Shown here one piece after another: positions 46,571 to 56,418 of a stretch of DNA of 64,000 bases; positions within the stretch are counted from its first letter, which is position 1, and each line of letters opens with the position of its first letter. A model generated the notes under the pieces. The model worked only from the letters and a program-made list of their open reading frames with translations. It searched no databases and had not been told where the DNA came from. Position numbers and translations under genes: made by a program. This DNA is from an uncultured Planctomycetales bacterium (lineage in GTDB: Bacteria; Omnitrophota; Gorgyraeia; Zapsychrales; CAYRXT01). The DNA lies in assembly GCA_964428315.1 (NCBI GenBank), contig CAYRXT010000012.1, forward strand, positions 562 to 64,561. The letters run 5' to 3'.

Positions 46571-47563
46571 ATGCGGAAGAAGATAAAACATTGGTACTAT
46601 TTTGCCGGTCTTGCGGCGTTTCTCCTGCTTGTCGCCCGGTCGGATCCTTCAAAGATCAACGAGGCCCTTGCGGCGTCCGATACCGGCCTTCTGCTGGCAG
46701 CCGCGTTACTTTCCTTGGGTGTGCAGTTCGTCAAGACGCTTCGCTGGATGGCCTTGCTTCGGCTTTACGGCATCCTCCTGCCGCTGGGATCGGCCTTTTC
46801 CATTTATCTGACCGGCACCTTCCTGGGGACGGTTACGCCGGGACGCCTTGGCGATGCCAGCCGGATATTTTATCTGAAAAAAAGGCCGGGTGGCGATCTC
46901 CCGGCCGGACAGCTGTTGGCTAACATCGTGGCGGACCGGATAACGGACATCGTGACGGTGTTCCTGGTAGCCTTTACAGGGGTGGTTTACTACCTGAAGG
47001 ACCACCGGCTTTGGGTTATCCCGGCGGGGCTATTCACCGCGTGTTTAGTTCCCGCGCTCTATATTTTTCGGCACCGGGCACTGGATGTGATTGGCAGTTT
47101 GCTGAGACTCGCAGGGAAATCAATCCCGGGCATACACTGGGAGAACCACCTGGATGAATTTGTTGAAGGCCTGCGAAGGCTGCGCACAGCCGGGATCGCG
47201 TCCGCCGCGGGCTGGAACGCCGCGGCCTACGGTGTCTTCTACGCCGCCGTTGTGCTGATCGCCCGGTCGATTGGGATAACAACCCCCGTATTGTATTTGA
47301 TAACAGCCTTGTCCGCGGCGATGCTGGTGTCGGTCCTGCCGGTTTCTGTGGCCGGTATCGGCGTGAGGGACGCGGTCCTTTTGTTTTTCCTTTTCCTGCC
47401 GGGCGGTGTAAAATATGAAATGGTTTTGGTTTTTTCGATGATGTACCTGTTTCTTTTGCTTATCCTGCCGGCACTTTTGGGGGGCGTGCTGTATTTCGGT
47501 TGTTTTCCCGGAACCGAGGAGATTCGACACGGCTATAAACCATTGAAGGGAAAAGGGGGTTAA
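46571..47563 (+). CDS. LPG-synthase-TM (UPF0104/AglD2-like) flippase-like protein
   Basis: KTLRW, TPGRLGDASR, DRITD and LPVSVAGIGVRD. Confidence 0.85.
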   Translation: MRKKIKHWYYFAGLAAFLLLVARSDPSKINEALAASDTGLLLAAALLSLGVQFVKTLRWMALLRLYGILLPLGSAFSIYLTGTFLGTVTPGRLGDASRIFYLKKRPGGDLPAGQLLANIVADRITDIVTVFLVAFTGVVYYLKDHRLWVIPAGLFTACLVPALYIFRHRALDVIGSLLRLAGKSIPGIHWENHLDEFVEGLRRLRTAGIASAAGWNAAAYGVFYAAVVLIARSIGITTPVLYLITALSAAMLVSVLPVSVAGIGVRDAVLLFFLFLPGGVKYEMVLVFSMMYLFLLLILPALLGGVLYFGCFPGTEEIRHGYKPLKGKGG

Positions 47564-47565
47564 AT

Positions 47566-48483
47566 ATGGATGTCCCGATGGTCTCAGTCGTGGTCCCACT
47601 GTATAACGAGGCAAAGAATCTGGAAGAGCTGGCAGAACGCTGCCGTGCTTCTCTGCAGAGGGAGGGCATGGCGTTCGAGCTGATTTTCGTCAATGACGGT
47701 TCCACGGATGAGAGCGAAGATGTCCTCGCCGGTCTGCACGGGGATCATGCTTGCGTATCGGTCGTTCATCTCAGGACGAGGACAGGCAAGGCCGGGGCCC
47801 TGGAGGCGGGGTTCCGTCTTGTCGGCGGCAAATACGTTGTCGTGATCGACAGCGACCTGCAGCACGCCCCCGAAGATATCCCCGTCATCATAAAAAAACT
47901 CGAAGATGGTTACGACGTGATCTCCGGAAAAAGACGCGACCGCCAGGACGCCTCCGGGAAACTCATGAGTTCCAGGCTGTTCAACGGGCTGATCCGCGTC
48001 ATGACGGGTTCCCGGCTGGAAGACCTCTTTTCCGGATTGAAGGGTTTTCGCATGGATGTGGTCAACGGACTGCGCCTGTACGGAGATCTTTACCGTTTTG
48101 TCCCGGTACTGGCGGCGCGGTACGGTTATCGCGTGAGGGAGATCCCCGTCGGACATTTTCCGCGCAAACACGGGGAGTCCCGTTATTCCTCCGGCGCGCG
48201 CTGGCGCAGGGCGCTGGGCGATCTGGCCATGGTGATGTTTACGGTGAATCTCAATCCGGAGAGATTGACGCATCTTTTTTTCTTCGGCGTCTTGTGCCTT
48301 GTGACGGCCTCGGCCCTGTATCTTGCCGGCGGATCGGGTGTTTCGTGCCAGGGTTTTGCAGGGCCTTTGGCCTGGCTTGGAGGAATCCTGGTTGTCCTGC
48401 GCGCGGCAGGTTATGCATTCCATAAAGTCCAGAGGAAGATGAAGGCCGTCCGTTCGGCCAATGTAAGGTGCGTTCTCCGATGA
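47566..48483 (+). CDS. GT2 polyprenyl-phosphate glycosyltransferase (ArnC/GtrB-like)
   Basis: VVVPLYNE, NDGSTD, IDSDLQHAPEDI, LYRFVP and RKHGESRY; two C-terminal TM segments. Confidence 0.88.
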   Translation: MDVPMVSVVVPLYNEAKNLEELAERCRASLQREGMAFELIFVNDGSTDESEDVLAGLHGDHACVSVVHLRTRTGKAGALEAGFRLVGGKYVVVIDSDLQHAPEDIPVIIKKLEDGYDVISGKRRDRQDASGKLMSSRLFNGLIRVMTGSRLEDLFSGLKGFRMDVVNGLRLYGDLYRFVPVLAARYGYRVREIPVGHFPRKHGESRYSSGARWRRALGDLAMVMFTVNLNPERLTHLFFFGVLCLVTASALYLAGGSGVSCQGFAGPLAWLGGILVVLRAAGYAFHKVQRKMKAVRSANVRCVLR

Positions 48484-49280
48484 AGACAATAAAGATCGGT
48501 ATTTCCAATATCACGCTGCAGGGTTGTCTTTTCCCCGACGTGTTTGACCAGTTGACGCGGCGCGGTATCTCCGGTCTTGAGATTGCGCCGACTCTCGTCT
48601 GGGATAAGCCTTTGGATGTCCCGCACAAGACGCGCAGGGCCTTCAGGCACCGTATCGAGGATTACGGCATGCGGGTCATCGGTCTGCAGTCCTTGTATTA
48701 CAACCGTCCGGATCTGCAGGTGTTCGGACCGCCCGCTGTCCGAAAGAAGTGTCTGGAGCACCTGGCCGGCATGATACGGCTCTGCCGCGACATCGGCGGA
48801 CGGATCGTGACCTTCGGGGCCTATAAAAACAGAAAAAGGGGAAAAAAGACCAGAAAGGAAGCCCGGATGATCGCCGCGGCATTTTTCGCTCAGGCGGCCG
48901 GCATCGCCCAAGACAACAATGTGGTCATCTGTTTCGAACCCATCGCGGCCGCGTACGGATGCGACTTCGCCACGACCCTGCACGAGGGCCGCCGTCTCGT
49001 CGAGACAGTCGGGCATCCGTATTTCCGTCTTCATCTGGACACGGGGAGCGTGATCCTTAACCGTAAAGACCCGGTGGCCGTTTTCGAAGACTGCGTTTGC
49101 GCCCTGGAGCATATCCATATTAACGATCCCCGACTTTACCCGCCTTTGAAGAAGATCGACCTGCCGCGATTTATGCGCGCCCTGAAAAGGAGCCCATACG
49201 AGAAGTGGGTCGCGCTGGAATTCCTGACACAGCCGGATATGCTGGGAAATATCCTCAATGACATCGCGAAACACTTTTAA
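48480..49280 (+). CDS. Sugar phosphate isomerase/epimerase (xylose-isomerase-like TIM barrel)
   Basis: GLEIAP, CFEP, HLDTG, HIHIND and VALE metal-binding motifs. Confidence 0.85.
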   Translation: MKTIKIGISNITLQGCLFPDVFDQLTRRGISGLEIAPTLVWDKPLDVPHKTRRAFRHRIEDYGMRVIGLQSLYYNRPDLQVFGPPAVRKKCLEHLAGMIRLCRDIGGRIVTFGAYKNRKRGKKTRKEARMIAAAFFAQAAGIAQDNNVVICFEPIAAAYGCDFATTLHEGRRLVETVGHPYFRLHLDTGSVILNRKDPVAVFEDCVCALEHIHINDPRLYPPLKKIDLPRFMRALKRSPYEKWVALEFLTQPDMLGNILNDIAKHF

Positions 49281-50697
49281 GACGAGGCAGAGAACGAAAA
49301 CACGATGTCTGCTTTTTTTGGCGGCAGGGATTCTTGTTTTTGCGCTGCTGTCGGGCGGGAGGGCGGCGCTCCCGGTCTTCGCGCAGTTGCTTAAAGAGGA
49401 CTTCCCCCTCCTGGAAGACCGGATCGTAGAAAAGATAAACCGCACCCGCGCAAAGAAGGCGGATGCGCTGAGCACGCAGGCCATGCGCCATATGCGCGAG
49501 GGGAACCCGAAAGCCGCCGCACGTTTGCTCCGGCAGGCCCTGGAGGTCTCCCCCAATTATTCCAAGGCTTATACCCTGCTGGCGCAGATCCATCTCATCC
49601 GCGGCGAGGACGATGAGGCGTGGAAGGTCCTGGAACAGTCGGGGCGTTATCCGACCAAATCGGATTTCATTTACGCGTTTCTCGAAGGCTACACATCCAG
49701 AACATCCCGCCGGAAAGAACACACCCGGATTTATCTGGCGCCCTTCAAGGATGACAAGGAGTGCGCTGTATCTTTAAGCTTTGATGACGGCTTCTCGACG
49801 ATTTTCACGGAGATCCTTCCGGTTTTCGACAAATACGGTTTCAAGGCAAGCTTGTTTATCAATCCCGGCGTTATCCCCGATGAACCGGTTGCCGGACAGG
49901 TGTGGAGGGGGAGCTGGGCGTACTGGCGGGATGCAAGGAAACGGGGGTTTGAGATCGGCAGTCATTCTTTGACCCACCGGGACCTTACAAAGGTCCCTCC
50001 TGGCGTGCTGGAGGAGGAGATCAGGGAAAGCCGCCGGCTCATTGAAGAGAAGGTTGGAGGACCGGCGGTATCCTTCGCCTTTCCCTTCGACCGTGCCAAC
50101 AGCCGGGTGATCAAAAAGGTTCGGCAATACTATGAGGCCGTCCGCGATCACGACGTGTTGAAAGAGACATATCCGCGTGTCTTCCTTCCGGTTTTCGGCG
50201 GAGAGCATTTTTCACTGAAGACCGCTGTGGACATAACCCGGCTGGCGATACAAAAGAACCTCTGGCTGATCCCTGAGCTGCACGCTTTGAAAATGGAGGA
50301 TATGCCGGCCTTTAAACCCGTCACCGTGCAGTTTATCGAGGATTATCTGGCGTTTTTGAGGGAGCGGGAGTCTTCCGTATGGGTGGACACGTTTATCAAC
50401 GTGTTCCGCTACTTGAGGACAAAAAAGGATGTGTCGCTGGATGTTATCGAGGAAACGGAGGATTCGGTTGTCTTTGCTCTTTGGGGTCCTCCAGAAGGCG
50501 GGTGGGCTGGCGAGCCCCTGACCGTGGTGATCCAAGAGCGTATACCATCTTTCAAGAATATCCGTGCCGTGTACGGAGACGGAACGCCCCTTGCGTCGCC
50601 CGATGTAAGGGGCTCCAAAGTCCTGCTGTCCGTGATTCCCGACGGCAGGAGGGTCAAAGTTAGCTGGAAAAAAGAAAAGAGGGAAGACCGGCAGTAG
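49258..50697 (+). CDS. Membrane-anchored TPR + polysaccharide deacetylase (NodB-like)
   Basis: N-terminal TM, TPR, then SLSFDDG, EIGSHSLTH and SFAFPF. Confidence 0.85.
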   Translation: MTSRNTFKTRQRTKTRCLLFLAAGILVFALLSGGRAALPVFAQLLKEDFPLLEDRIVEKINRTRAKKADALSTQAMRHMREGNPKAAARLLRQALEVSPNYSKAYTLLAQIHLIRGEDDEAWKVLEQSGRYPTKSDFIYAFLEGYTSRTSRRKEHTRIYLAPFKDDKECAVSLSFDDGFSTIFTEILPVFDKYGFKASLFINPGVIPDEPVAGQVWRGSWAYWRDARKRGFEIGSHSLTHRDLTKVPPGVLEEEIRESRRLIEEKVGGPAVSFAFPFDRANSRVIKKVRQYYEAVRDHDVLKETYPRVFLPVFGGEHFSLKTAVDITRLAIQKNLWLIPELHALKMEDMPAFKPVTVQFIEDYLAFLRERESSVWVDTFINVFRYLRTKKDVSLDVIEETEDSVVFALWGPPEGGWAGEPLTVVIQERIPSFKNIRAVYGDGTPLASPDVRGSKVLLSVIPDGRRVKVSWKKEKREDRQ

Positions 50698-50862
50698 ACC
50701 GTCTTCCGGGGCTCCTCGCCTCTGTCCCGCCATTTCCATCGGGAGAGAGATCTGTTCTCAGACGGGGATGTCAAAAAACGCAACTATGACTTGTTTAGTG
50801 GACATTCACTCTTATAATGAAGGCAGGACACTTTTTATGCATCTAGTCTCCCAAATCCTGCG

Positions 50863-52140
50863 ATGAAAAAAGGCATAACGAGAACGGGTATCGTGTTTTT
50901 AAGTGCGGCCTTTTTTATGCTTTTCCGGTGTCCCGTCGCCCTCAGCCGGCCCCGGCCTTCTTTTGAATCCGATAATCAAAGGCAGATCCATATCGTCCAG
51001 CGCGAACTGGATTGCGTCGAAGCCTCCCGAATGAAAAATGTTCCTTGTTCATGGGAGGACATTTGTTATACGGGAACGGTGTATCACGGCGCGTCCCGCC
51101 AGCGAGCCGTCGAGGAGGCCCTGGATAAACAGGAATCCCGTCGCAGGACGTCCGTCAAGATACCCGGGGATCCCATATACGTCGAAAGCCCGGTAACCGA
51201 CATGCCGGTGACGCGTTTTGTGGGACGTTATGACTTTGCACGAGAAGACCTGCCCGCCCTGCCCCTGGATGAAGATTACGGCTACCTTGATTCCCCTTCG
51301 GGAGGGAACAAAAAGCCTTTCAGGATCGGGCCTTATATCTCGATGATTCAATACAAAGAGCCCGGCGTGATGAAAGAGACAGGCATGATGTGCGGTCTCC
51401 AGGGAGCCTACACACACCGCTTTCACGAGAACCCGGTTATCCGTTCTTTCAGGGATATCTTCACCTCCCAGAACAAGATTAACCTGGTGCGCGTCGACGG
51501 TCTTTTCAGCTGGGGGTATGTGGATTATGAGGGAAGTCACAACGAAGACGATATCCGGGACTATATGGTCGAGACCCGCGGCGTCTTCGGCTATGACATC
51601 AACATGCCGAAAGGTTTGCGCGTGACGCCTTATGTCGGATTCGGATACCGCTATCTCAACGATGGTTTCGACAAGACGCCCGCGAAGACGGTGAACGGGG
51701 TGAATTATTACAGCGGTTACGAGCGCGAGAGCCGGTATTATTATGTCCCATTCGGCTTCGAGGGGGAAAAGAAGATGAGGAACGACTGGGCCCTTGAGTT
51801 CATGTTTGAGTACGATTTCTTTTCCCAGGGCGAACAGAAAAGCCATCTCGAGGACCAGCAGTTCGGTGGAGTGAATCCGGGATATGACACGCTGACCAAT
51901 GACCAGTCCGAAGGCTATGGATTAAAAAGCAGTGTCGGGATGAAAAAGGAATCGGGAGATTATGATTTCTTTTTTGAGACCTTTCTGCGGTATTGGTGGA
52001 TCAATGATTCGAATGTGGAATTTCTGCGCAAAAACGGGGCCTTGGTGCCGGTGCCGGGTCAGCCGGGCTATTATGAGGCCGGTTATGAACCGGAAAACAA
52101 CTCGACCGAATTCGGCATACGTGTCGGGGCTAATTTTTAG
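50863..52140 (+). CDS. Outer membrane beta-barrel protein
   Basis: Signal peptide, amphipathic strands (TPYVGFGYRYL), C-terminal EFGIRVGANF ending in Phe. Confidence 0.8.
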   Translation: MKKGITRTGIVFLSAAFFMLFRCPVALSRPRPSFESDNQRQIHIVQRELDCVEASRMKNVPCSWEDICYTGTVYHGASRQRAVEEALDKQESRRRTSVKIPGDPIYVESPVTDMPVTRFVGRYDFAREDLPALPLDEDYGYLDSPSGGNKKPFRIGPYISMIQYKEPGVMKETGMMCGLQGAYTHRFHENPVIRSFRDIFTSQNKINLVRVDGLFSWGYVDYEGSHNEDDIRDYMVETRGVFGYDINMPKGLRVTPYVGFGYRYLNDGFDKTPAKTVNGVNYYSGYERESRYYYVPFGFEGEKKMRNDWALEFMFEYDFFSQGEQKSHLEDQQFGGVNPGYDTLTNDQSEGYGLKSSVGMKKESGDYDFFFETFLRYWWINDSNVEFLRKNGALVPVPGQPGYYEAGYEPENNSTEFGIRVGANF

Positions 52141-52164
52141 GGATCAAGGGGAGGAAGGCGGGCC

Positions 52165-52323
52165 ATGAGAATCGGCAACAAGAAGGTGACGGTCTTTAAG
52201 ATCAAAAACCGGCGCGGGTTCGCGGCGGTGTGCGAGAGGCACCTGACGGAAGGCAAGGACCGCGGTGAGGCCGTGGAACGGTTGAAGAAGGCCCTGAAGC
52301 GGACGAAGAAACGGACAACATAG
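52165..52323 (+). CDS. Small basic protein (52 aa), HicB-N-like
   Basis: Not in the ORF track. GGAGG RBS; MRIGNKKVTVFKIKNRRGFAAVCERHLTEGKDRGEAVERLKKALKRTKKRTT, followed by a terminator. Confidence 0.7.
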   Translation: MRIGNKKVTVFKIKNRRGFAAVCERHLTEGKDRGEAVERLKKALKRTKKRTT

Positions 52324-52337
52324 AAGGCGGAAGAAAA

Positions 52338-52371
52338 AAAGGGCCCTGCACCGTACGGTGCAGGGCCCTTT
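52338..52371. terminator. Perfect 34-bp palindrome, probable terminator
   Basis: AAAGGGCCCTGCACCGTACGGTGCAGGGCCCTTT, with an A-run upstream. Confidence 0.8.
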
Positions 52372-52442
52372 CACTTTTCATCAGCGCCCGATGTTGCTAT
52401 AATGGGAACCCGGTACGAACCGTCTGACACAAGGAGAAACGA

Positions 52443-53648
52443 ATGCGTCGAACGCGTGTCCTTATAACCCTGGCCGTCCTTTTGCTTTTTGCCGGATGCG
52501 CTCCCTCTGGTGAAAAGACCCTGCATGTCGCCATGAGCCTCACCGAACAGGAGTGGAAGGTGATGCGCGAAGACGTCTTCCCGAGGTTCGAGGAGGAAAC
52601 CGGATGGACCGTCCGCTCCTACCAGATCCAGTCCGGTCAGCTCGAGATGAAACTGGAGGCCCTGGCCAGGGCCGGAAAGGCCAAGATCGACGTCTTCGCA
52701 CAGGACAACATGAGCCTGGCGTCCCTGGTCAACAAGGGGCTGGTGGAAGACCTTTCGGCGTATGAAGAGGACATCGACGATCATGTGATGCCCAACATCA
52801 TCCTCGCCGGAAAGTTTGAGAAAAGACTGTTGTTCATGCCGTTCAGGCCCAATGTGCAGGTCGCATATTATAACGAGAATGCGTTTTCGAAGTACGGCCT
52901 GAATCCTCCGCGGAACTGGGAGGAACTTATTGAGACGGCCAGGACGTTTAAGGAAAAGGAAGGTGTCGGACGATTCGTGTTCAAGGCCTACGGCGGCAAT
53001 CCCACCGCGACCCAGGTTTACGAATTCATCCTCCAGGCCGGAGGGGACCCTTACAGCTTTGACGATGAGGGATGTGTCAGGGCCTTTGCCTTCCTTCAGT
53101 CGCTGAGGCCTTATTTTTCGCCGGACTCAAACCGGGCCAAGTGGGACACGGTCAACGATATCCTGGCCAAACAAAACGGTTATCTGGCGCAGAACTGGCC
53201 TTTCGGCGTCCTGATCCTCATCGATGAATACAAGCTGGATTTTATCAGGACATACAGCGGATGGAGCGGGCCGGCAGGAGAATATCATGTGATCGGGGGG
53301 GATGTCTTCGGGATCCCCAGGAAATCACGGCACAAACAGCAGGCCCTGGAGTTTATCCGGTTCATGCAGTCGAAAGACGTGCAGGAGGTCCTCGTCGCCG
53401 CACTCGGATGGCCGTCCATACGTGACGACGTTTACGCGCGGGTCGCGGACTGGCAGAAACCGTATTTCGACTCCGTCCAGAAGGCGCTTGCCAAAGGACA
53501 ATTCCGCAAGAACGTCACGTGGTGGCCCGCCTACACAAAGTATATCTCGCGCGCCTTTCAGAAAATCGTCTTGGAGGGCGCCGATGTGAGAACGACATTG
53601 GCTGATTATAAAGAGAAGCTTCAAAAAGAGAAAAGGACTCTCAGGTGA
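52443..53648 (+). CDS. Sugar ABC transporter substrate-binding lipoprotein
   Basis: Lipobox FAGC; PPRNWEEL and IGGDVFGI. Confidence 0.9.
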   Translation: MRRTRVLITLAVLLLFAGCAPSGEKTLHVAMSLTEQEWKVMREDVFPRFEEETGWTVRSYQIQSGQLEMKLEALARAGKAKIDVFAQDNMSLASLVNKGLVEDLSAYEEDIDDHVMPNIILAGKFEKRLLFMPFRPNVQVAYYNENAFSKYGLNPPRNWEELIETARTFKEKEGVGRFVFKAYGGNPTATQVYEFILQAGGDPYSFDDEGCVRAFAFLQSLRPYFSPDSNRAKWDTVNDILAKQNGYLAQNWPFGVLILIDEYKLDFIRTYSGWSGPAGEYHVIGGDVFGIPRKSRHKQQALEFIRFMQSKDVQEVLVAALGWPSIRDDVYARVADWQKPYFDSVQKALAKGQFRKNVTWWPAYTKYISRAFQKIVLEGADVRTTLADYKEKLQKEKRTLR

Positions 53649-54511
53649 GCTTTCCCCCGCGATGGTTGTTTCGATACCGATTCGAGCTTTTCTGTTTGAC
53701 GCCCCTTGTCGTCTACCTGGCGGTATTTACGCTGGGGCCAGTCATCCGTGTTGTTCAGATCAGCTTCACGGATTCCCTCGCCGGGGGCTGGACGCTCAGC
53801 CATTACCAGGACCTCTTATCCAATGAGGAATTCCGCGGCGCGTTCCGGAATACCCTCGTCGTGGCGCTGGGATCCCTGACGCTGGAAATCACCGCCGGGC
53901 TCATCCTGGCGATGATCCTTTCCGCCCGTCCCGCCGGGATGGGACTCCTGCGTTCTCTGTTTATGCTGCCTCTGGCAATCCCGACGGTAGTGGCCGCGGT
54001 CATGATGAGCTACATGTTTTCCACGTCCGGATGGGTGAACCGGATTCTTACGGACACGGGCCTGATCTCCTCGTCTGTTAACTGGATGGAAGGCGGCGGC
54101 AAGAGCCTGTTCACCGTCATCGTGGCGGACAGCTGGAAGGTGACGCCCCTGGTGATGCTGATCCTCCTGGCCGGCCTGCAGTCCATTAACCGCGAACTCT
54201 ACCGCGCGGCCCGTATCGACGGCGCCGGTCCCCTGACGGTTTTCCGGAAGGTGACCCTGCCGCTTTTGATGCCGTCTTTAAGCGCGGCGATGATCGTGCG
54301 GGGGATCGACGCCTTCCGGATATTTTCCCTGGCCCTGGTCCTGATGGGGGAAAACCTCAAGGTGATCGGAACCTACGCCTATCTGGAGTACGCTGAATAC
54401 GACAACACGCATCTTTCGGCCGCCAGTTCGGTGATTCTTTTTGTCATCATCTTTGCGGCGGTGATGCTCTATATCCGCATCGTCGGCAAAAGAGGAGTTC
54501 AGGCGACATGA
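53645..54511 (+). CDS. Sugar ABC transporter permease 1
   Basis: WKVTPLV..LAGLQSI..LYRAARIDGA (EAA loop). Confidence 0.93.
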   Translation: MSFPPRWLFRYRFELFCLTPLVVYLAVFTLGPVIRVVQISFTDSLAGGWTLSHYQDLLSNEEFRGAFRNTLVVALGSLTLEITAGLILAMILSARPAGMGLLRSLFMLPLAIPTVVAAVMMSYMFSTSGWVNRILTDTGLISSSVNWMEGGGKSLFTVIVADSWKVTPLVMLILLAGLQSINRELYRAARIDGAGPLTVFRKVTLPLLMPSLSAAMIVRGIDAFRIFSLALVLMGENLKVIGTYAYLEYAEYDNTHLSAASSVILFVIIFAAVMLYIRIVGKRGVQAT

Positions 54512-55326
54512 GAGAAGGCCCCCGCACGTTAGCGATATGGTTGATCGCCCTTGTCTTCATCGCGTTTTCCCTTTTTCCTTTATACATCATGCTGAAGACG
54601 GCGCTCAGCGCGCCGGCGGATGTCTTCACGCAGAGGCCCCCGTATCTTATTGAGCACTTCACCTGGGACCATTTCCGTGATGTCCTGACATCCGGTGAAT
54701 CTTTTTACGGCCCTTTGAGAAAAAGTCTGTTGACGGCGTTTTGGGCCACGGTCCTCAGCCTGCTTATCGCGACGCCCGCGGCCTACGCCATCGCCCGGTT
54801 TCATTACCGCGCGCGATACGCCATCGTACTGGTCATCTTCATGAGCCGCATGATCCCGGAGGTCAGCATCGCGCTGCCCGTTTCCATAAGGTTCATCGAA
54901 CTGGGGCTGTTCGACACGACCCTAGGACTGGTGCTGGCTCATCTCATCCGGATCCTGCCGGTGAGCTGTTTCATTCTGGTCGGGGTTTTCAGCGAATTCC
55001 CGCGCGATATCGAGAACCAGGCGCGCATCGACGGCTATTCGCGCGTAAAGGCCGTGACGAAGGTGGTCCTGCCTTTGTCTTTGACCGGGATCAGTGTGGC
55101 GGGGATATTCTCGTTTCTTCTCTCCTGGGACGAGTTCATCTACGCGTCGTACCTGACGCTGGCCGAGCCGACGATGCCGATCAAGGTGTATTATTATGTC
55201 ACCCGGGGAAATCTCTTCCACTCGGCGACGTATGCGGTGATCATCACCCTCCCGGTCCTGGTCATGACGTTCGCCCTGCAGAGATATATACGTCCGGAAT
55301 ATCTATCCGGCTCGGTGAAAGGATAG
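54508..55326 (+). CDS. Sugar ABC transporter permease 2
   Basis: AAYAIARF, IENQARIDG and SWDEF. Confidence 0.93.
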   Translation: MREGPRTLAIWLIALVFIAFSLFPLYIMLKTALSAPADVFTQRPPYLIEHFTWDHFRDVLTSGESFYGPLRKSLLTAFWATVLSLLIATPAAYAIARFHYRARYAIVLVIFMSRMIPEVSIALPVSIRFIELGLFDTTLGLVLAHLIRILPVSCFILVGVFSEFPRDIENQARIDGYSRVKAVTKVVLPLSLTGISVAGIFSFLLSWDEFIYASYLTLAEPTMPIKVYYYVTRGNLFHSATYAVIITLPVLVMTFALQRYIRPEYLSGSVKG

Positions 55327-55329
55327 ACT

Positions 55330-56418
55330 ATGGGGTACCTTCGGCTTGAACATATTGAGAAACGCTTCGGAGGCCACGAGGTCCTTCGGGACATCAACCT
55401 GGATATCCGTCGGGAAGAGTTCTGCGTCATCCTCGGCCCGTCAGGCTGCGGAAAATCGACCCTGCTGAACATCGTGGCCGGGCTGGAAGAGCCCACATCA
55501 GGCCGGCTTATCATCGACGGAAGAGACGTGACGGAACTCCCGCCCCACAAGAGGAACATCGCCATGGTCTTCCAGAATTACGCTCTTTATCCGCACCTTT
55601 CGGTTTACGAAAACATGGCCTTTGGCCTGCGCATCAAGAAGATGCCGGAGCCGGATATCGAAAAAAAGATCAAAGAGGTCAGCCGGATCCTGGATATCGA
55701 AGACAAACTCGAGGCCTTCCCGCGCCAGCTTTCGGGCGGACAGCGTCAGCGGGTGGCCACCGGGCGCGCCATCGTAAGGGATCCAAGCCTGTTTTTGTTC
55801 GACGAGCCCCTGTCCAATCTTGACGCGCGCCTGAGGCTCGAGGTGCGCAAGGAATTCCTGAAGCTGCAGAAAAGACTGAAGACGACGTCTCTTTACGTGA
55901 CCCATGACCAGAGCGAGGCCCTGGCCTTGGGCGACACCGTCGTCGTGATCAAGGACGCCGGGATCCAGCAGGCATCTTCCCCGCAGGCGCTGTTTGACGA
56001 ACCCCGGAACCTTTTCGTCGCCGGCTTTATCGGTTCCATCCCGATGAATATCCTGGCCGGCCGGATCAAAAGGGAGGGAGGGGAGATGAAGGTCGCCGCG
56101 GGCGGCTTCGAACTGGCTGTACCAGCGAGGTTCCACGGCGCGCTTGAATCGCAAACGGGATCCGGGGTGTATTTCGGCATTCGGCCCGCCGCGATAAAAA
56201 TGGGGTGCGGAGGGTACACAGGCCGGGTGTCTTTGGTGGAGACGTTGGGGGAACAGAGCCTGGTTTACGTGCGTCTGGGAGAGGCGTGCGAGATCAAAAT
56301 AGTGGTTGAAGGAAAAGCGGGCGTGCGTCCGGAGGAGGCCACGGCCCTCTCTTTTCATGAGGACAGTATCTACCTGTTCGCGGAAGACGGCGAAAGGATC
56401 AGGCCGCATGGAGAGTAG
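55330..56418 (+). CDS. Sugar ABC transporter ATPase (MalK/UgpC-like)
   Basis: GPSGCGKS, VFQNYALYPH, LSGGQRQR and FDEPLSNLD; C-terminal TOBE domain. Confidence 0.95.
   Translation: MGYLRLEHIEKRFGGHEVLRDINLDIRREEFCVILGPSGCGKSTLLNIVAGLEEPTSGRLIIDGRDVTELPPHKRNIAMVFQNYALYPHLSVYENMAFGLRIKKMPEPDIEKKIKEVSRILDIEDKLEAFPRQLSGGQRQRVATGRAIVRDPSLFLFDEPLSNLDARLRLEVRKEFLKLQKRLKTTSLYVTHDQSEALALGDTVVVIKDAGIQQASSPQALFDEPRNLFVAGFIGSIPMNILAGRIKREGGEMKVAAGGFELAVPARFHGALESQTGSGVYFGIRPAAIKMGCGGYTGRVSLVETLGEQSLVYVRLGEACEIKIVVEGKAGVRPEEATALSFHEDSIYLFAEDGERIRPHGE

Noticed and set aside
52165-52323. Complete HicAB toxin-antitoxin module
   Set aside because: No HicA-like ORF on either side.
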